Position numbers and translations under genes: made by a program. The notes beneath the pieces are model-generated. The model was not told where the DNA came from and did not search any database. It saw nothing but the letters and a program-made list of their open reading frames with translations. Below, one piece after another: positions 1 through 9,301 of a stretch of DNA of 64,000 nucleotides (within the stretch, counting starts at the first letter, position 1; each line of letters begins with the position of its first letter). The stretch is from Solirubrobacterales bacterium (GTDB taxonomy: Bacteria; Actinomycetota; Thermoleophilia; Solirubrobacterales; JACPNS01). The DNA is taken from contig JACPNS010000013.1 of the NCBI GenBank assembly GCA_016185345.1, forward strand, positions 10,432 through 74,431, read 5' to 3'.

Positions 1-208
1 CGTCGCTCCGCTGGCCAGTGCGTCGATTATCTCCCGCCGCTGAAAGTCCCGAGTTGTCAAGTCGGTTGGAAACAGCATCGCGACGCCAGGAATCCACAGC
101 TGTTGGTTTCGATTCAGGGCTACCGCCAGCCGGCCTATTCATGAATCGGGCCGGGTCACTTCTGGGATCGGTGGAGGACTCTTGGATATTTCGCCATACT
201 TCTGCCTT

Positions 209-697
209 ATGCGCGAAATGGTTATCTACGGGGTCAGCTTCGACATGGTTGGGAAGCAGCCGATCATTCTTCTCAAGGCCGTCGACGGGAACGAGTTCCT
301 CCCGATCTGGATCGGCCACCCCGAGGCCGCCGCGATTCTGATGAAACTCCAGGGCGCCGACACGCCTCGTCCGATGACCCACGACCTGATGGCCTCAGTC
401 TTTGATGAGCTTGAGCTCGAGTGTTCGCAGATCGCCGTCACCGAACTTCGCGACAACACGTTCTACGCCACGATCACGTTGCGCGCCGGCGACCGAGAAC
501 TTGAGATAGATGCACGACCGTCCGACGCGATCGCATTGGCCGTTCGTACCGAAGCACCGATCTTCGTCGCCGAAGAGGTGATCGCGGAGTCCGCGATCGA
601 GTTTGAGCATGAAGTCGAAGACACAGAGGAAGTTGTGGGCAAGTTCCGCAAGTTCCTCGATGAGGTCTCACCCGAAGACTTCGGCGCAGAAGGTTAA
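209..697 (+). CDS. bifunctional nuclease (BFN/DUF151) family protein
   Basis: ORF 182-697. The ATG at 209 gives MREMVIYGV. Family-like motifs are present: QPIILLK, LPIWIG..EAAAI, RPMTHDL, DARPSDAIALAVR. The start could also be 182 or 218. Confidence 0.7.
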   Translation: MREMVIYGVSFDMVGKQPIILLKAVDGNEFLPIWIGHPEAAAILMKLQGADTPRPMTHDLMASVFDELELECSQIAVTELRDNTFYATITLRAGDRELEIDARPSDAIALAVRTEAPIFVAEEVIAESAIEFEHEVEDTEEVVGKFRKFLDEVSPEDFGAEG

Positions 698-841
698 TTC
701 GTAACAATCCTTACAATCTATCGTCTCGTTCGATAGGTGTACAGCAGATGTCCGACGCCCCTTGCGGGCGCCGATCGGTGGTCGATGGAGAGGTTGTAAG
801 CGGCAGTCAGTCGCAACCTCCAATCGACCAAGGACCCGACC

Positions 842-1489
842 ATGCGACCTCTCCTGATCCTCCTCATCAGTTCACTGCTCATCATCTTCGGAGTATCTGC
901 GGCCAGCGCCAGCGCCGCCCAGTCACAGCTCGACCTGCCTGAACTCGCCTGCGCTGAACTTCCTTGGGACACCGCCGAGTACGACCCCGAAGCCCCGCCC
1001 GAGAGCGATTTCCCTGCCGACGACGAGACCGCCATGCTCGAAGTAGAAGGGCCGGTCAGCGATGGATCTGATGACCTCACTCTGATTGGCACCTCCGAGG
1101 ACGAGGCCTTCGCCGGTACCGACGACAACGACGTGATCACAGGAGCCGGCGGCGACGATGACCTCTGCGGGGAGGGCGGCGACGACGAACTCAGCGGCGG
1201 CGATGGCACCGACACGATTGACGCCGCCGATGGCGACGACGTGGTCACCGGCGGCGCTGGCCGTGACATGCTCTTCGGAGAAGAAGGCGACGACAACCTT
1301 CGCGGCGACGACGGCAACGATCAGATCGACGGCGGCGACGGCCGCGACCTGATCAGCGGCGGACTCGGCAACGATCGCATCTATGCCAACGACGGCACAC
1401 GCGACAAGATCAAATGTGGCCGCGGCAATGACCTCGTCTATGCCGACAGCAAAGACCAGGTCGCGAAGGACTGCGAGCGCGTCAAGTAG
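842..1489 (+). CDS. secreted calcium-binding repeat protein (RTX-like GGxGxD repeats)
   Basis: The N-terminus is hydrophobic and signal-like (LLILLISSLLIIFGVSAASASA). It is followed by many tandem Gly/Asp nonapeptide-like repeats (GGDGNDQIDGGDGRDLISGGLGNDRIYA). Confidence 0.65.
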   Translation: MRPLLILLISSLLIIFGVSAASASAAQSQLDLPELACAELPWDTAEYDPEAPPESDFPADDETAMLEVEGPVSDGSDDLTLIGTSEDEAFAGTDDNDVITGAGGDDDLCGEGGDDELSGGDGTDTIDAADGDDVVTGGAGRDMLFGEEGDDNLRGDDGNDQIDGGDGRDLISGGLGNDRIYANDGTRDKIKCGRGNDLVYADSKDQVAKDCERVK

Positions 1490-1514
1490 CTCCGCTTCGT
1501 AAGATCGTGGAGCA

Positions 1515-1916
1515 ATGAATGCCTTCCCTCCACGCACAGGCCTGATCAAGTGGGCCGACCTCACGGTTGACAATGCCGAGGACGTTCGCGACTTCTACGC
1601 GGGCGTCGTCGGTTGGAACGCGATCGGTCTCCCGGTCGAGGGCCGCGAGGACTTCGTGATGGCCCACCCCGAGACCGGCGACCCCGCTGCAGGGATCTGC
1701 CACCAGGCCGGCAGCCTCGTCGGTCTGCCGCAGCAGTGGCTCGTTTACGTCACGGTCGACGACCTCGACGACTCGATCGCAGCGTGCGACCAACTCGGTG
1801 GCAAGGTTGTGTTCGGGCCACGCGATTCGAACACTATGGGCCGCTGGTGCGTGGTCGAAGACCCCGCAGGCGCGGTTATGGCGTTGACCGAACTCACCCC
1901 CGGCGAGGACGATTGA
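1515..1916 (+). CDS. VOC (glyoxalase/bleomycin-resistance/dioxygenase) family protein
   Basis: 133 aa. The pattern WADLTVDNAEDVRDFYAGVVGW ... GRWCVVEDPAGAVMAL is typical of paired beta-alpha-beta-beta-beta VOC modules. Confidence 0.55.
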   Translation: MNAFPPRTGLIKWADLTVDNAEDVRDFYAGVVGWNAIGLPVEGREDFVMAHPETGDPAAGICHQAGSLVGLPQQWLVYVTVDDLDDSIAACDQLGGKVVFGPRDSNTMGRWCVVEDPAGAVMALTELTPGEDD

Positions 1917-1919
1917 TCC

Positions 1920-2774
1920 ATGGCCAAGGCGAAGCTCTCGACTGGCTCCGTCGCGGAGGAAGTCCGCGTTGGTCCGGGCTTTCAGCTGGCCGATCTGGAG
2001 GCGTCGTCCACACCCGGATTCGCTGGCAACAAGAAAAGTGCGGCCAAAGCGATGGCCGCGACAGCCGACGAGATGTCCGAGCTGCAGGAGCGTCTCTACG
2101 CCAACGGCCGTGACGGTAGTGGCCCAGCGGTGCTGCTCATCGTGCAGGGCATGGACACCTCGGGCAAGGGCGGGATCATGCGACATATCGTTGGGCGGGT
2201 CGACCCGCAGGGCGTGAAACTCACGGCATTCAAAACGCCTACCGAAGAAGAACTCGCTCATCCGTTCCTCTGGCGCGTCGAGAACGCGCTGCCAACGCCG
2301 GGTTACATCGGCGTGTTCGATCGCTCCCAATACGAAGACGTTCTCGTCGTGCGCGTCCACAACTACGTCCCACGCACGACGTGGTCCCGCCGATACGCAC
2401 AGATCAATCGCTTCGAGAAAAGGGTTGCCGACTCTGGAACGAAGATCATCAAGGTGATGCTTCACATTTCCCCGCAGGAGCAGAAAGCGCGTCTGGCCGA
2501 ACGCCTCGCCCGCAAGGACAAGCACTGGAAGTTCAACCCGAACGACGTCGTTGAGCGCGAGCACTGGGCCGAGTACATGGACGCTTACCAAGCAATCTTC
2601 GACAAGACGAACACCGAAGCCGCGCCGTGGCACGTCGTCCCGGCCGACAAAAAATGGTTCGCGCGGTTCGCGGTGAATCACCTGCTGCTTGAGGAGCTAC
2701 GCGCCTGCAGGCTCAGCTGGCCGAAGGCAGAGTTCGATGTCAAGGCCGAGCAGAAGCGGCTGGCCCGGACCTAA
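1920..2774 (+). CDS. ppk2: polyphosphate kinase 2 (PPK2) family phosphotransferase
   Basis: Walker-A-like GMDTSGKGG, FDRSQYEDV and a C-terminal W..VPADKKW motif. The 284-aa size fits single-domain PPK2. Confidence 0.8.
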   Translation: MAKAKLSTGSVAEEVRVGPGFQLADLEASSTPGFAGNKKSAAKAMAATADEMSELQERLYANGRDGSGPAVLLIVQGMDTSGKGGIMRHIVGRVDPQGVKLTAFKTPTEEELAHPFLWRVENALPTPGYIGVFDRSQYEDVLVVRVHNYVPRTTWSRRYAQINRFEKRVADSGTKIIKVMLHISPQEQKARLAERLARKDKHWKFNPNDVVEREHWAEYMDAYQAIFDKTNTEAAPWHVVPADKKWFARFAVNHLLLEELRACRLSWPKAEFDVKAEQKRLART

Positions 2775-3715
2775 CCGACGGGGTAGGGCGCGCGGCTGCC
2801 TGCCGTCGCGAGCAGCCGTTCGACCAGCTCCTCAAACGGCACGCCGGCGGCCTCGGCTGCCATCGGCATGAGGCTCGTACGCGTGAGACCCGGGATCGAA
2901 TTGACCTCGAGCACCTGTGGCTCGCCCTCTTCGGGAACCATGAAGTCCACGCGCGCGAAGCCGTGGCAGTCGAGTAGCTCATAGGTTTGCACGGCAAGAT
3001 ATGAGAGTCGCGCCGCGACATCCACGCTCAACTCGGCCGGGCAGACGTAGTCCGTTTTACCGATCTCGTAGCGACTCTCGAAGTCGTAGTAGTCGCCTCC
3101 GATCGGCACCGCTTCGACGGCCGGCAGCGCTTCACCGTTGAGCACACTCACGGCGATTTCACGCCCCTTGATGAACTGCTCGATCAGCACGCGGTCGTCG
3201 TAACTAAACGCCGAGACCAGCGCGCCCGGGAGTTCCTCGTGCGAGGCGGCGAACTTGATGCCGAGCGCCGAGCCCTGGCGCGCCGGCTTCACGACGACGG
3301 GAAATCCGAAGTCACCCTCAATCGCAGTCAATGCGTCTGCAGCGCCGAGGTTACGGAAGGCCGTGTCATTGAATGTCACAAAGCGCGGGGTGGGCACGTG
3401 GTTCTTCTGCAGGATCAACTTGGTCACGGCCTTGTCCATGCACTGGATCGATGAGAGCACTCCGCAGCCGGTGAATGGCAGGCCGAGAATCTCCATCAAC
3501 TCCTGCACCGTGCCGTCTTCGCCACCGCGACCGTGCAGCGCAATGAAAACCGCGTCGGGACCGACCTCTTCGAGCCGCTGCACAAGGCCCTGGTCCACAT
3601 CGATCTCCGAGACTTCGTGGCCGTTCGCGCGAAGCGCCTCGCCAATCCGCGCGCCCGAACGCAGTGAGACCTGCCGCTCGAGCGAACTGCCGCCCTTCAG
3701 CACCGCGACCTTCAT
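2771..3715 (-). CDS. ddl: D-alanine--D-alanine ligase
   Basis: The internal ATG at 3715 gives MKVAVLKGGSS.ER.VSL.SG. Other motifs: ALHGRGGEDGTVQ and EVNSIPGLT. The start overlaps the stop of the upstream aminotransferase (ATGA at 3712-3715). Confidence 0.85.
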   Translation of the reverse strand: MKVAVLKGGSSLERQVSLRSGARIGEALRANGHEVSEIDVDQGLVQRLEEVGPDAVFIALHGRGGEDGTVQELMEILGLPFTGCGVLSSIQCMDKAVTKLILQKNHVPTPRFVTFNDTAFRNLGAADALTAIEGDFGFPVVVKPARQGSALGIKFAASHEELPGALVSAFSYDDRVLIEQFIKGREIAVSVLNGEALPAVEAVPIGGDYYDFESRYEIGKTDYVCPAELSVDVAARLSYLAVQTYELLDCHGFARVDFMVPEEGEPQVLEVNSIPGLTRTSLMPMAAEAAGVPFEELVERLLATAGSRAPYPVG

Positions 3716-5076
3716 TCGTTCTGCGCCCGCTTCATGCGTTCGCTCGCGAGCCACGAAACTGATTTTGCTTCGAGCTTCGTTGCGGCCGCCGGCGGGGTGA
3801 CCAAACGGTGTTCGCCGGTCATCGTGCGCCACAGATCGAGCTGTCCGGCGACGACCTCGCCGATGCGACGGATGCCCTCAGTAATCCGCTCCTCCGGCAC
3901 GCCCGAGAAATTCAGCCGCATCGAATTCTTGCCACGCGCCACATCAGATCCGAGATATGCGCCGGCTCCGGGTACGAACGCGACGTTCGAGTGCAGCGCC
4001 TTCGCCAAAAGGTCAGTGGTGTCGATCATCTCCGGCAGCGTCGCCCAGATGAACAGGCCTCCATCGGGCACGGTCCACTTTGCCTCGGGCGGAAAGTAGC
4101 GCCCCATCGCGGCGATCATCGCGTCGCGCCGGGACTTGTAGATCCCACCCGCCGTCTTGACCCAGTCCTTCCAGTCTGCCTGTTCGAAGTAGGACGTGAT
4201 CAGGAACTGTGAGACGCCGGAGGAGTTGAGGTCGGCGGCGGCCTTGGCGATGTTGCATTTCTCGAGCACCGGCGACGGAGCCTCCACCCAACCCATCCGC
4301 AGGCCGGGTGCGAGGATCTTGGAGAACGTGCCCAGGTAAATCACGAAGTTGCCGCCGTCGAGTTCGCGCAGCGTGGGCAGCGGCTCACCGCTGTAGCGAA
4401 GCATCCCGTACGGATTGTCCTCGAGCACGAGCAGTTCGCGTTCATTGGCGATCTCGACGAGACGCTTGCGACGCTCGAGCGACATCGTCACGCCGGCTGG
4501 ATTCTGGAAAGTTGGGACCGTGTAGATGAACTTCGGAGTGATCCCCTCGCCGTCGAGGCGCTCGAGCTCCTGCTCGAGCAGGTCGATCCGCATGCCCGCT
4601 TCGTCGAGGTCGATCTGCACGGCCTCGGCCTGGAAGCTCAAGAAGCTCGGCACCGCGCCGGGATATGTGGGCGCCTCGGTGATGATCGTGTCGCCGGGAT
4701 CAACAAACACGCGCGTCACGATGTCGATCGCCTGCTGACCGCCGGTCGTCACCAGGATGTTCTCTCGGTCTGCCTCCACGCCCTCGGCGCCCATCACCTC
4801 AACGATGCAGTTCTTCACGCCGTCGATGCCGTCTGTCGGCGTGTACTGGAGCAGCTCAGCGCTGTGGTGCCGGGCCATGTCCACGAAGACGCTTTCCAGG
4901 ACGTCCTTGGGGAAGCTTTTCGTGTCGGGCATCCCGCTGGCCAGACTGATCACTTCCGGGCGATCGGTGATCGACATCATGTCGCGCATCGCGCTCGTCT
5001 TGACCCTCTCCGAGCGCGCAGCAAACAGGCGCGCGTAACGCTCGATGTCGTGCCTACTGCTGCGCTGCCTGCTCAT
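3712..5076 (-). CDS. PLP-dependent aminotransferase, class I/II fold (LysN/AAT-like)
   Basis: 454 aa. Motifs: LASGMPD, NPxG-like QNPAGVTMS, and the PLP-lysine motif GTFSKILAPGLRMGW. Confidence 0.75.
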   Translation of the reverse strand: MSRQRSSRHDIERYARLFAARSERVKTSAMRDMMSITDRPEVISLASGMPDTKSFPKDVLESVFVDMARHHSAELLQYTPTDGIDGVKNCIVEVMGAEGVEADRENILVTTGGQQAIDIVTRVFVDPGDTIITEAPTYPGAVPSFLSFQAEAVQIDLDEAGMRIDLLEQELERLDGEGITPKFIYTVPTFQNPAGVTMSLERRKRLVEIANERELLVLEDNPYGMLRYSGEPLPTLRELDGGNFVIYLGTFSKILAPGLRMGWVEAPSPVLEKCNIAKAAADLNSSGVSQFLITSYFEQADWKDWVKTAGGIYKSRRDAMIAAMGRYFPPEAKWTVPDGGLFIWATLPEMIDTTDLLAKALHSNVAFVPGAGAYLGSDVARGKNSMRLNFSGVPEERITEGIRRIGEVVAGQLDLWRTMTGEHRLVTPPAAATKLEAKSVSWLASERMKRAQNE

Positions 5077-5125
5077 GGTTGGTTATTCGCTGCTGACCAT
5101 CTAGATTCCCACTTACCGTATCGAG

Positions 5126-5794
5126 ATGGACACGATTTGGAACATCTGCCAGGCGATCGGCGTGGGGGCCGCAGCCGGTCTCTCGCCGCTCGTCGCCCTC
5201 GCAGCCGTAGTGGTGAGCGTCGCCGCCAGCCTGGGGGTTGACACCTCGAACAAGGATTACGACTTTCTCACCGGTGCGGCGGCGGTGATCGTCGCGGTGG
5301 TGGTGTTGCTGCAGTCGCTCGCTCTGATCGTGCTGCCCGGCGGGATGGTCACGCGCGTCTCGGCTGATCGTCCGCGCATCATGCCGTTCCACGTTGGATT
5401 GGCTGTGGTGCTCGGCGCGCTCGGCGGCGCGATCGTCTTCGGCACGCAGAACGACACTGTCTGGATCGGCGCGGTCTTTGGCGCTCTGCCGGCGGCGCTG
5501 GTTGCCTTCGCCTCGGGTCGCCTGCTCAGCGGCGTCGCCGAACGGCTCAAGCGCGGCGAGGAGCGCCAGCTCAAGGGCGCCAGTCGAGACGAGGCCCATG
5601 CCGCCAAGGCCGACTCTGATGCCTCGCGCCGAGTACTTGCCTTCGGCGTTGACATCGTCACCGTGATTGCCGTCGTGATCCCGCTGCTCCTGCCCCCGGC
5701 CGGACTGGTGCTCCCGATCGTCGCCCTCGCCCTGATCATCGGCGGGCGACGCCGTGAGGCCAAGAAGCACGAGGGCCTCCGTGTCCTCAGCTAG
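5126..5794 (+). CDS. integral membrane protein (DUF4126-like?)
   Basis: 222 aa with several Gly/Ala/Val-rich hydrophobic segments and a basic C-terminus. The family assignment is tentative. Confidence 0.45.
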   Translation: MDTIWNICQAIGVGAAAGLSPLVALAAVVVSVAASLGVDTSNKDYDFLTGAAAVIVAVVVLLQSLALIVLPGGMVTRVSADRPRIMPFHVGLAVVLGALGGAIVFGTQNDTVWIGAVFGALPAALVAFASGRLLSGVAERLKRGEERQLKGASRDEAHAAKADSDASRRVLAFGVDIVTVIAVVIPLLLPPAGLVLPIVALALIIGGRRREAKKHEGLRVLS

Positions 5795-7286
5795 AGGCGA
5801 TCGCAAGAAGCTCTGCCTCGTCGTCGTTGACGGCATGCGCCCGGCTTCGCTGCAGAAGGCGATCGCTGATGGCTCGGCGCCCAACTTCGGGCGGCTGATC
5901 CGCGAGGGCTACGAGAGCTCTGAGTGCATCTCGTCCTTTCCGTCGCTGACGCCGGTCGCCACTTCGACGATCGTCACCGGCCGTGGCCCTGGCGAGCACG
6001 GCGTCCCGTCGATGAACTGGTACAACCGCGATGAGCGGCGCTACATCGATTACGGAATCAGCTTCCCGGCCGCGCGCAAGAGTGGCGTGATCACGGTGCT
6101 GAAAGACCTCGTCTACCGGATCAACCAGGACCACCTCTCTGCCGACACGCCGACCTTCTTCGAGTCGCTCGAAAATGCAGGCATCCGCTGCGCCTGCACG
6201 ACTTACATGATCTACCGCGGCCCGCACGAACACAACTTCGTCGGCAGCGGCGTCGCCGGTGCGCTGGCTGGCGTCACAGGAATGTCGCGCCCGGGCTACG
6301 GCCCGACCGACCTCCTCTACGGCGACATCTTCGACTCTCTGGGCACCGAGTGTCGTTCAAGCTATGGAGTTCCCGGCAAGCGCGACCAACACACCGCATG
6401 CGCGGGGATCGAGCTCGTGCTCGACAACAAGTACGACTTCATGCTGCTCTCGTTTCCCGACAACGACAACTGGTCGCATCGCTTCGGACCAGACGAGCAG
6501 CCGGCCGCTATCGCCAACGCAGACGCTCAGTTCCAGCGCGTGATCGACGCGGCAGGTGGTTACCGCCGCTTCATGGAGGACCACGCTGTGATCGTCGTCT
6601 CCGATCACTCCCACAGCGTCGTGCACGAGGCGGTCGATCTGTTCGAAATCCTCGAGGCCCACGAGTGGGAAGTGCTCCAGCCGCGCAAGGGCAAGAAGCC
6701 CGGCGACGCCGACATCGCCGTCAGCCCCGCCGCGCGCGCGGCACACATCTATGTGCTCGATCCCGCGCACCTGGGCGGAAAGCTGCCGCTGCTCGTTGAG
6801 GACCTGCGGCGCGAGGCCAAGATCGAGCAAGTCTTCTGGCTAGACGAGGACGAGGCCTACTGCGCGCTCGGCGAAGCCGAACTGCACTTCAAGCCGGGCA
6901 CCAGGTACACCGACCGCCGGGGCCTGAGTTGGGACGTCGAGGGCGATCTCGTAGCGCTCGATCTGTTCGTCGAAGGTGACGAGATCCACAGCGAGGAATA
7001 CCCCGACGCGTTGGCGCGAGTGTGGTCGGCGCTGCACTGCCCGGGAGCTGGTGACCTGATCATCACCCCCGAGCTCGGATACGAGTTCCTCGACTGGGGC
7101 GGGGTGGCGCACGTCGGAGGCGGCACGCACGGATCGCTGCACAAGGCCGATTCGGCGGCCCAGCTGATTGTCACTGGCACTGGCGAGTCACGCCGCGATC
7201 AGCGCGCCTGGTCGATTGCAGATGTGAACGCGCTTGTGCTCGAACACTTCGGCGTGGACCACAGCGGGGCCTCAATCGGCGATTAA
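5754..7286 (+). CDS. alkaline phosphatase / nucleotide pyrophosphatase-phosphodiesterase (type I) family protein
   Basis: LVVVDGMRP ... FPSLTPVATSTIVTG (nucleophile Thr region) ... VSDHSH. The start is uncertain (GTG 5754 or GTG 5781) and overlaps the previous gene. Confidence 0.65.
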   Translation: MRPRSTRASVSSARGDRKKLCLVVVDGMRPASLQKAIADGSAPNFGRLIREGYESSECISSFPSLTPVATSTIVTGRGPGEHGVPSMNWYNRDERRYIDYGISFPAARKSGVITVLKDLVYRINQDHLSADTPTFFESLENAGIRCACTTYMIYRGPHEHNFVGSGVAGALAGVTGMSRPGYGPTDLLYGDIFDSLGTECRSSYGVPGKRDQHTACAGIELVLDNKYDFMLLSFPDNDNWSHRFGPDEQPAAIANADAQFQRVIDAAGGYRRFMEDHAVIVVSDHSHSVVHEAVDLFEILEAHEWEVLQPRKGKKPGDADIAVSPAARAAHIYVLDPAHLGGKLPLLVEDLRREAKIEQVFWLDEDEAYCALGEAELHFKPGTRYTDRRGLSWDVEGDLVALDLFVEGDEIHSEEYPDALARVWSALHCPGAGDLIITPELGYEFLDWGGVAHVGGGTHGSLHKADSAAQLIVTGTGESRRDQRAWSIADVNALVLEHFGVDHSGASIGD

Positions 7287-7310
7287 CGCCCGGCGAACTA
7301 GGCTCGCCAC

Positions 7311-7763
7311 ATGAGCTTGGCCCCCAATGAAGTCGATCGCGAGCGCCTGCACCAACGCGTCGGCGTCGGCATGCGTAAACCGGGCAACTGGATCCAGCTG
7401 ATCAAGTTCGGCGCGGTCGGCGCCAGCGGCTACGTGGTCAACCTGATCGTCTACGAGCTCGCGCGCCAGCAGTTCGAGATCCACTATCTCCTCGCAGCGG
7501 TGATCGCGTTCGTCTTCGCCGTCACAAACAACTTCCTCTGGAACCGCCACTGGACCTTCAAGGCAACCGACGGTCACGCTGGATTCCAGGCGATGCGCTT
7601 CTTCGTCGTCAGCCTCTTCGCGCTGGCATTCAATCTCGCCATGCTTCAGATCCTTGTGGCCGCCGGCCTCGGCGAGTTCCCTGCTCAGGCAATCGCCGTG
7701 ATCTGCGCGACGCCGCTGAACTTCATCGGCAACAAGCTCTGGTCATTCGACAGTCGGCGCTAG
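7311..7763 (+). CDS. GtrA family membrane protein
   Basis: 150 aa with 4 predicted TM segments. Motifs: KFGAVGASGYVVNL and NFIGNKLWSF, typical of GtrA-like proteins. Confidence 0.7.
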   Translation: MSLAPNEVDRERLHQRVGVGMRKPGNWIQLIKFGAVGASGYVVNLIVYELARQQFEIHYLLAAVIAFVFAVTNNFLWNRHWTFKATDGHAGFQAMRFFVVSLFALAFNLAMLQILVAAGLGEFPAQAIAVICATPLNFIGNKLWSFDSRR

Positions 7764-8540
7764 CGGCACGATCAGCTGAGTGATCTTCGTGGCGGTGCCG
7801 TCACGGCCCGACTCCACGAGCACGCCCATCAGGTGCTCATCGCCGCTTGCGCTGTCAAAGCGCTGAGGCATTCCCGTGCGCAGCTTGGTGATGATCGCTT
7901 CCTTGACCACGCCGATCACTCCCGCGCGCGAGCCCGTCATTCCCACGTCGGTGCAGTAAGCAGTTCCTTCGGGCAGCACGCGAGCATCGGCCGTCGGCAC
8001 GTGCGTGTGCGTTCCGACAACGGCCGTCACGCGGCCGTCGAGAAACCAGCCCATCGTCACCTTCTCGCTGGTCAACTCGGCGTGGAAGTCCACGAGGATC
8101 AGGTCGGCATCGCCGCGCATCTCTCGCACGAGGCGGTCCGCGACGTCGAAGGGATTGCCATCGTTGTCAAGGCCGAACTGCCCAATCAGGTTGATCACAC
8201 CAAGCCGCAGGCTGCCCTGTTTCTGTTCGACTACAACCGAGCCCTTGCCGGGGTTGCTCGAGTGCTGATTGGCGCAACGGATGATCGGCTTGCCCGAGTC
8301 GAGATAGCTGTAGACCTCGCGGTGGCGATACGTGTGATTGCCGAGCGTGATCACGTCAACGCCGAGCTCGAAGATCTCGTCGGCGGTCTTCGGCGTGATG
8401 CCCATTCCGCCCGCCGCGTTCTCGCCGTTGACGACGACAAAGTCGGGTTCGTGCTCCTCGCGCAGCTTGGGTAGAAGCGTGCTGAGCGTCCGGCGACCGG
8501 GCTCGGCGACCACGTCACCGATGAAGAGGATCTTGGGCAT
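7743..8540 (-). CDS. YmdB-like metallophosphoesterase (TIGR00282 type)
   Basis: Motifs: MPKILFIGDVV, VVNGENAAGG, TLGNHT, DFHAE, GTHTHVPTAD. Confidence 0.8.
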   Translation of the reverse strand: MPKILFIGDVVAEPGRRTLSTLLPKLREEHEPDFVVVNGENAAGGMGITPKTADEIFELGVDVITLGNHTYRHREVYSYLDSGKPIIRCANQHSSNPGKGSVVVEQKQGSLRLGVINLIGQFGLDNDGNPFDVADRLVREMRGDADLILVDFHAELTSEKVTMGWFLDGRVTAVVGTHTHVPTADARVLPEGTAYCTDVGMTGSRAGVIGVVKEAIITKLRTGMPQRFDSASGDEHLMGVLVESGRDGTATKITQLIVPLAPTVE

Positions 8541-8590
8541 TCGGCGAGTCTACGGGCCGAGCGCGGCCCAGCACGTTTATGCTCCCGCCC

Positions 8591-9301
8591 ATGCCGGTCC
8601 TTGAAGGCCGCGACCTCGTCAAGCGTTACGACGAGCGCGCGGCACTCGATCACGTCTCATTTGTCGTCGAAGCTGGGGAAAGCGTCGCGATTGCTGGTCC
8701 CAACGGGGCCGGCAAGACCACTCTTCTCTCAATGCTCGCTGGCGTCACCACGCCCGACTCGGGCGCCGTCGAGCTTCCCGGCGGCAAGCTTGGCTGGGTT
8801 CCGCAGAAGGCGGCGGTCTACCAGAAGCTGACCGTGCGCGAGAACCTCGAACTCTTCGCGCGGCTCGAAAAGGTCGACGACGTGTTCGGTTCGGCCACTC
8901 GGATGATGGACCGCATCGAGCTCGGCCACCGCGCCTCCGACCGCGCCGAGGATCTCTCGGGCGGAATGCGCCAGCGGCTCTCGATCGGCATGGGCCTGAT
9001 CGCAGACCCCGCAGTGCTCCTGCTCGACGAACCATCGGCAGCGCTCGACCCGCTCCAGCGCGAGCGCCTCTGGGAACTGCTCGGCTCACTCGCAGATTCA
9101 GGAATCGGCATCGTCTTCTCGACGCACTCCGCCGGCGAGGTCGAGGGCCACGCCGACCGCGTGATCATCCTCGACGGCGGCAAGTTGCTCTACGACGGCG
9201 CGCCCAACGACATTGGCCCCGGCGCCCACTTCGAGCTGGCCTTCATCAATTTCTTGCGCGCGCGTCGCGCTCACGTGAACGTCGGCGGTGATGCCGAGTG
9301 A
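8591..9301 (+). CDS. ABC transporter ATP-binding protein
   Basis: Walker A GPNGAGKTT, signature LSGGMRQRL, Walker B LLLDEPSAALD. An alternative start is at 8579. Confidence 0.85.
   Translation: MPVLEGRDLVKRYDERAALDHVSFVVEAGESVAIAGPNGAGKTTLLSMLAGVTTPDSGAVELPGGKLGWVPQKAAVYQKLTVRENLELFARLEKVDDVFGSATRMMDRIELGHRASDRAEDLSGGMRQRLSIGMGLIADPAVLLLDEPSAALDPLQRERLWELLGSLADSGIGIVFSTHSAGEVEGHADRVIILDGGKLLYDGAPNDIGPGAHFELAFINFLRARRAHVNVGGDAE

Noticed and set aside
1-341. ORF 18-341 and a possible gene end in frame 1 (1-144)
   Set aside because: ORF 18-341 overlaps the BFN gene out of frame and is Ser/Arg-rich. The frame-1 fragment (…QGYRQPAYS*) could be the tail of an upstream gene, but 47 codons without motifs cannot be supported.
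1482-2681. 399-aa minus-strand ORF
   Set aside because: It is entirely antisense to the well-supported VOC and PPK2 genes. It is Arg/Val/Gly-rich, as expected for the shadow frame of a high-GC gene, and has no recognisable motifs.
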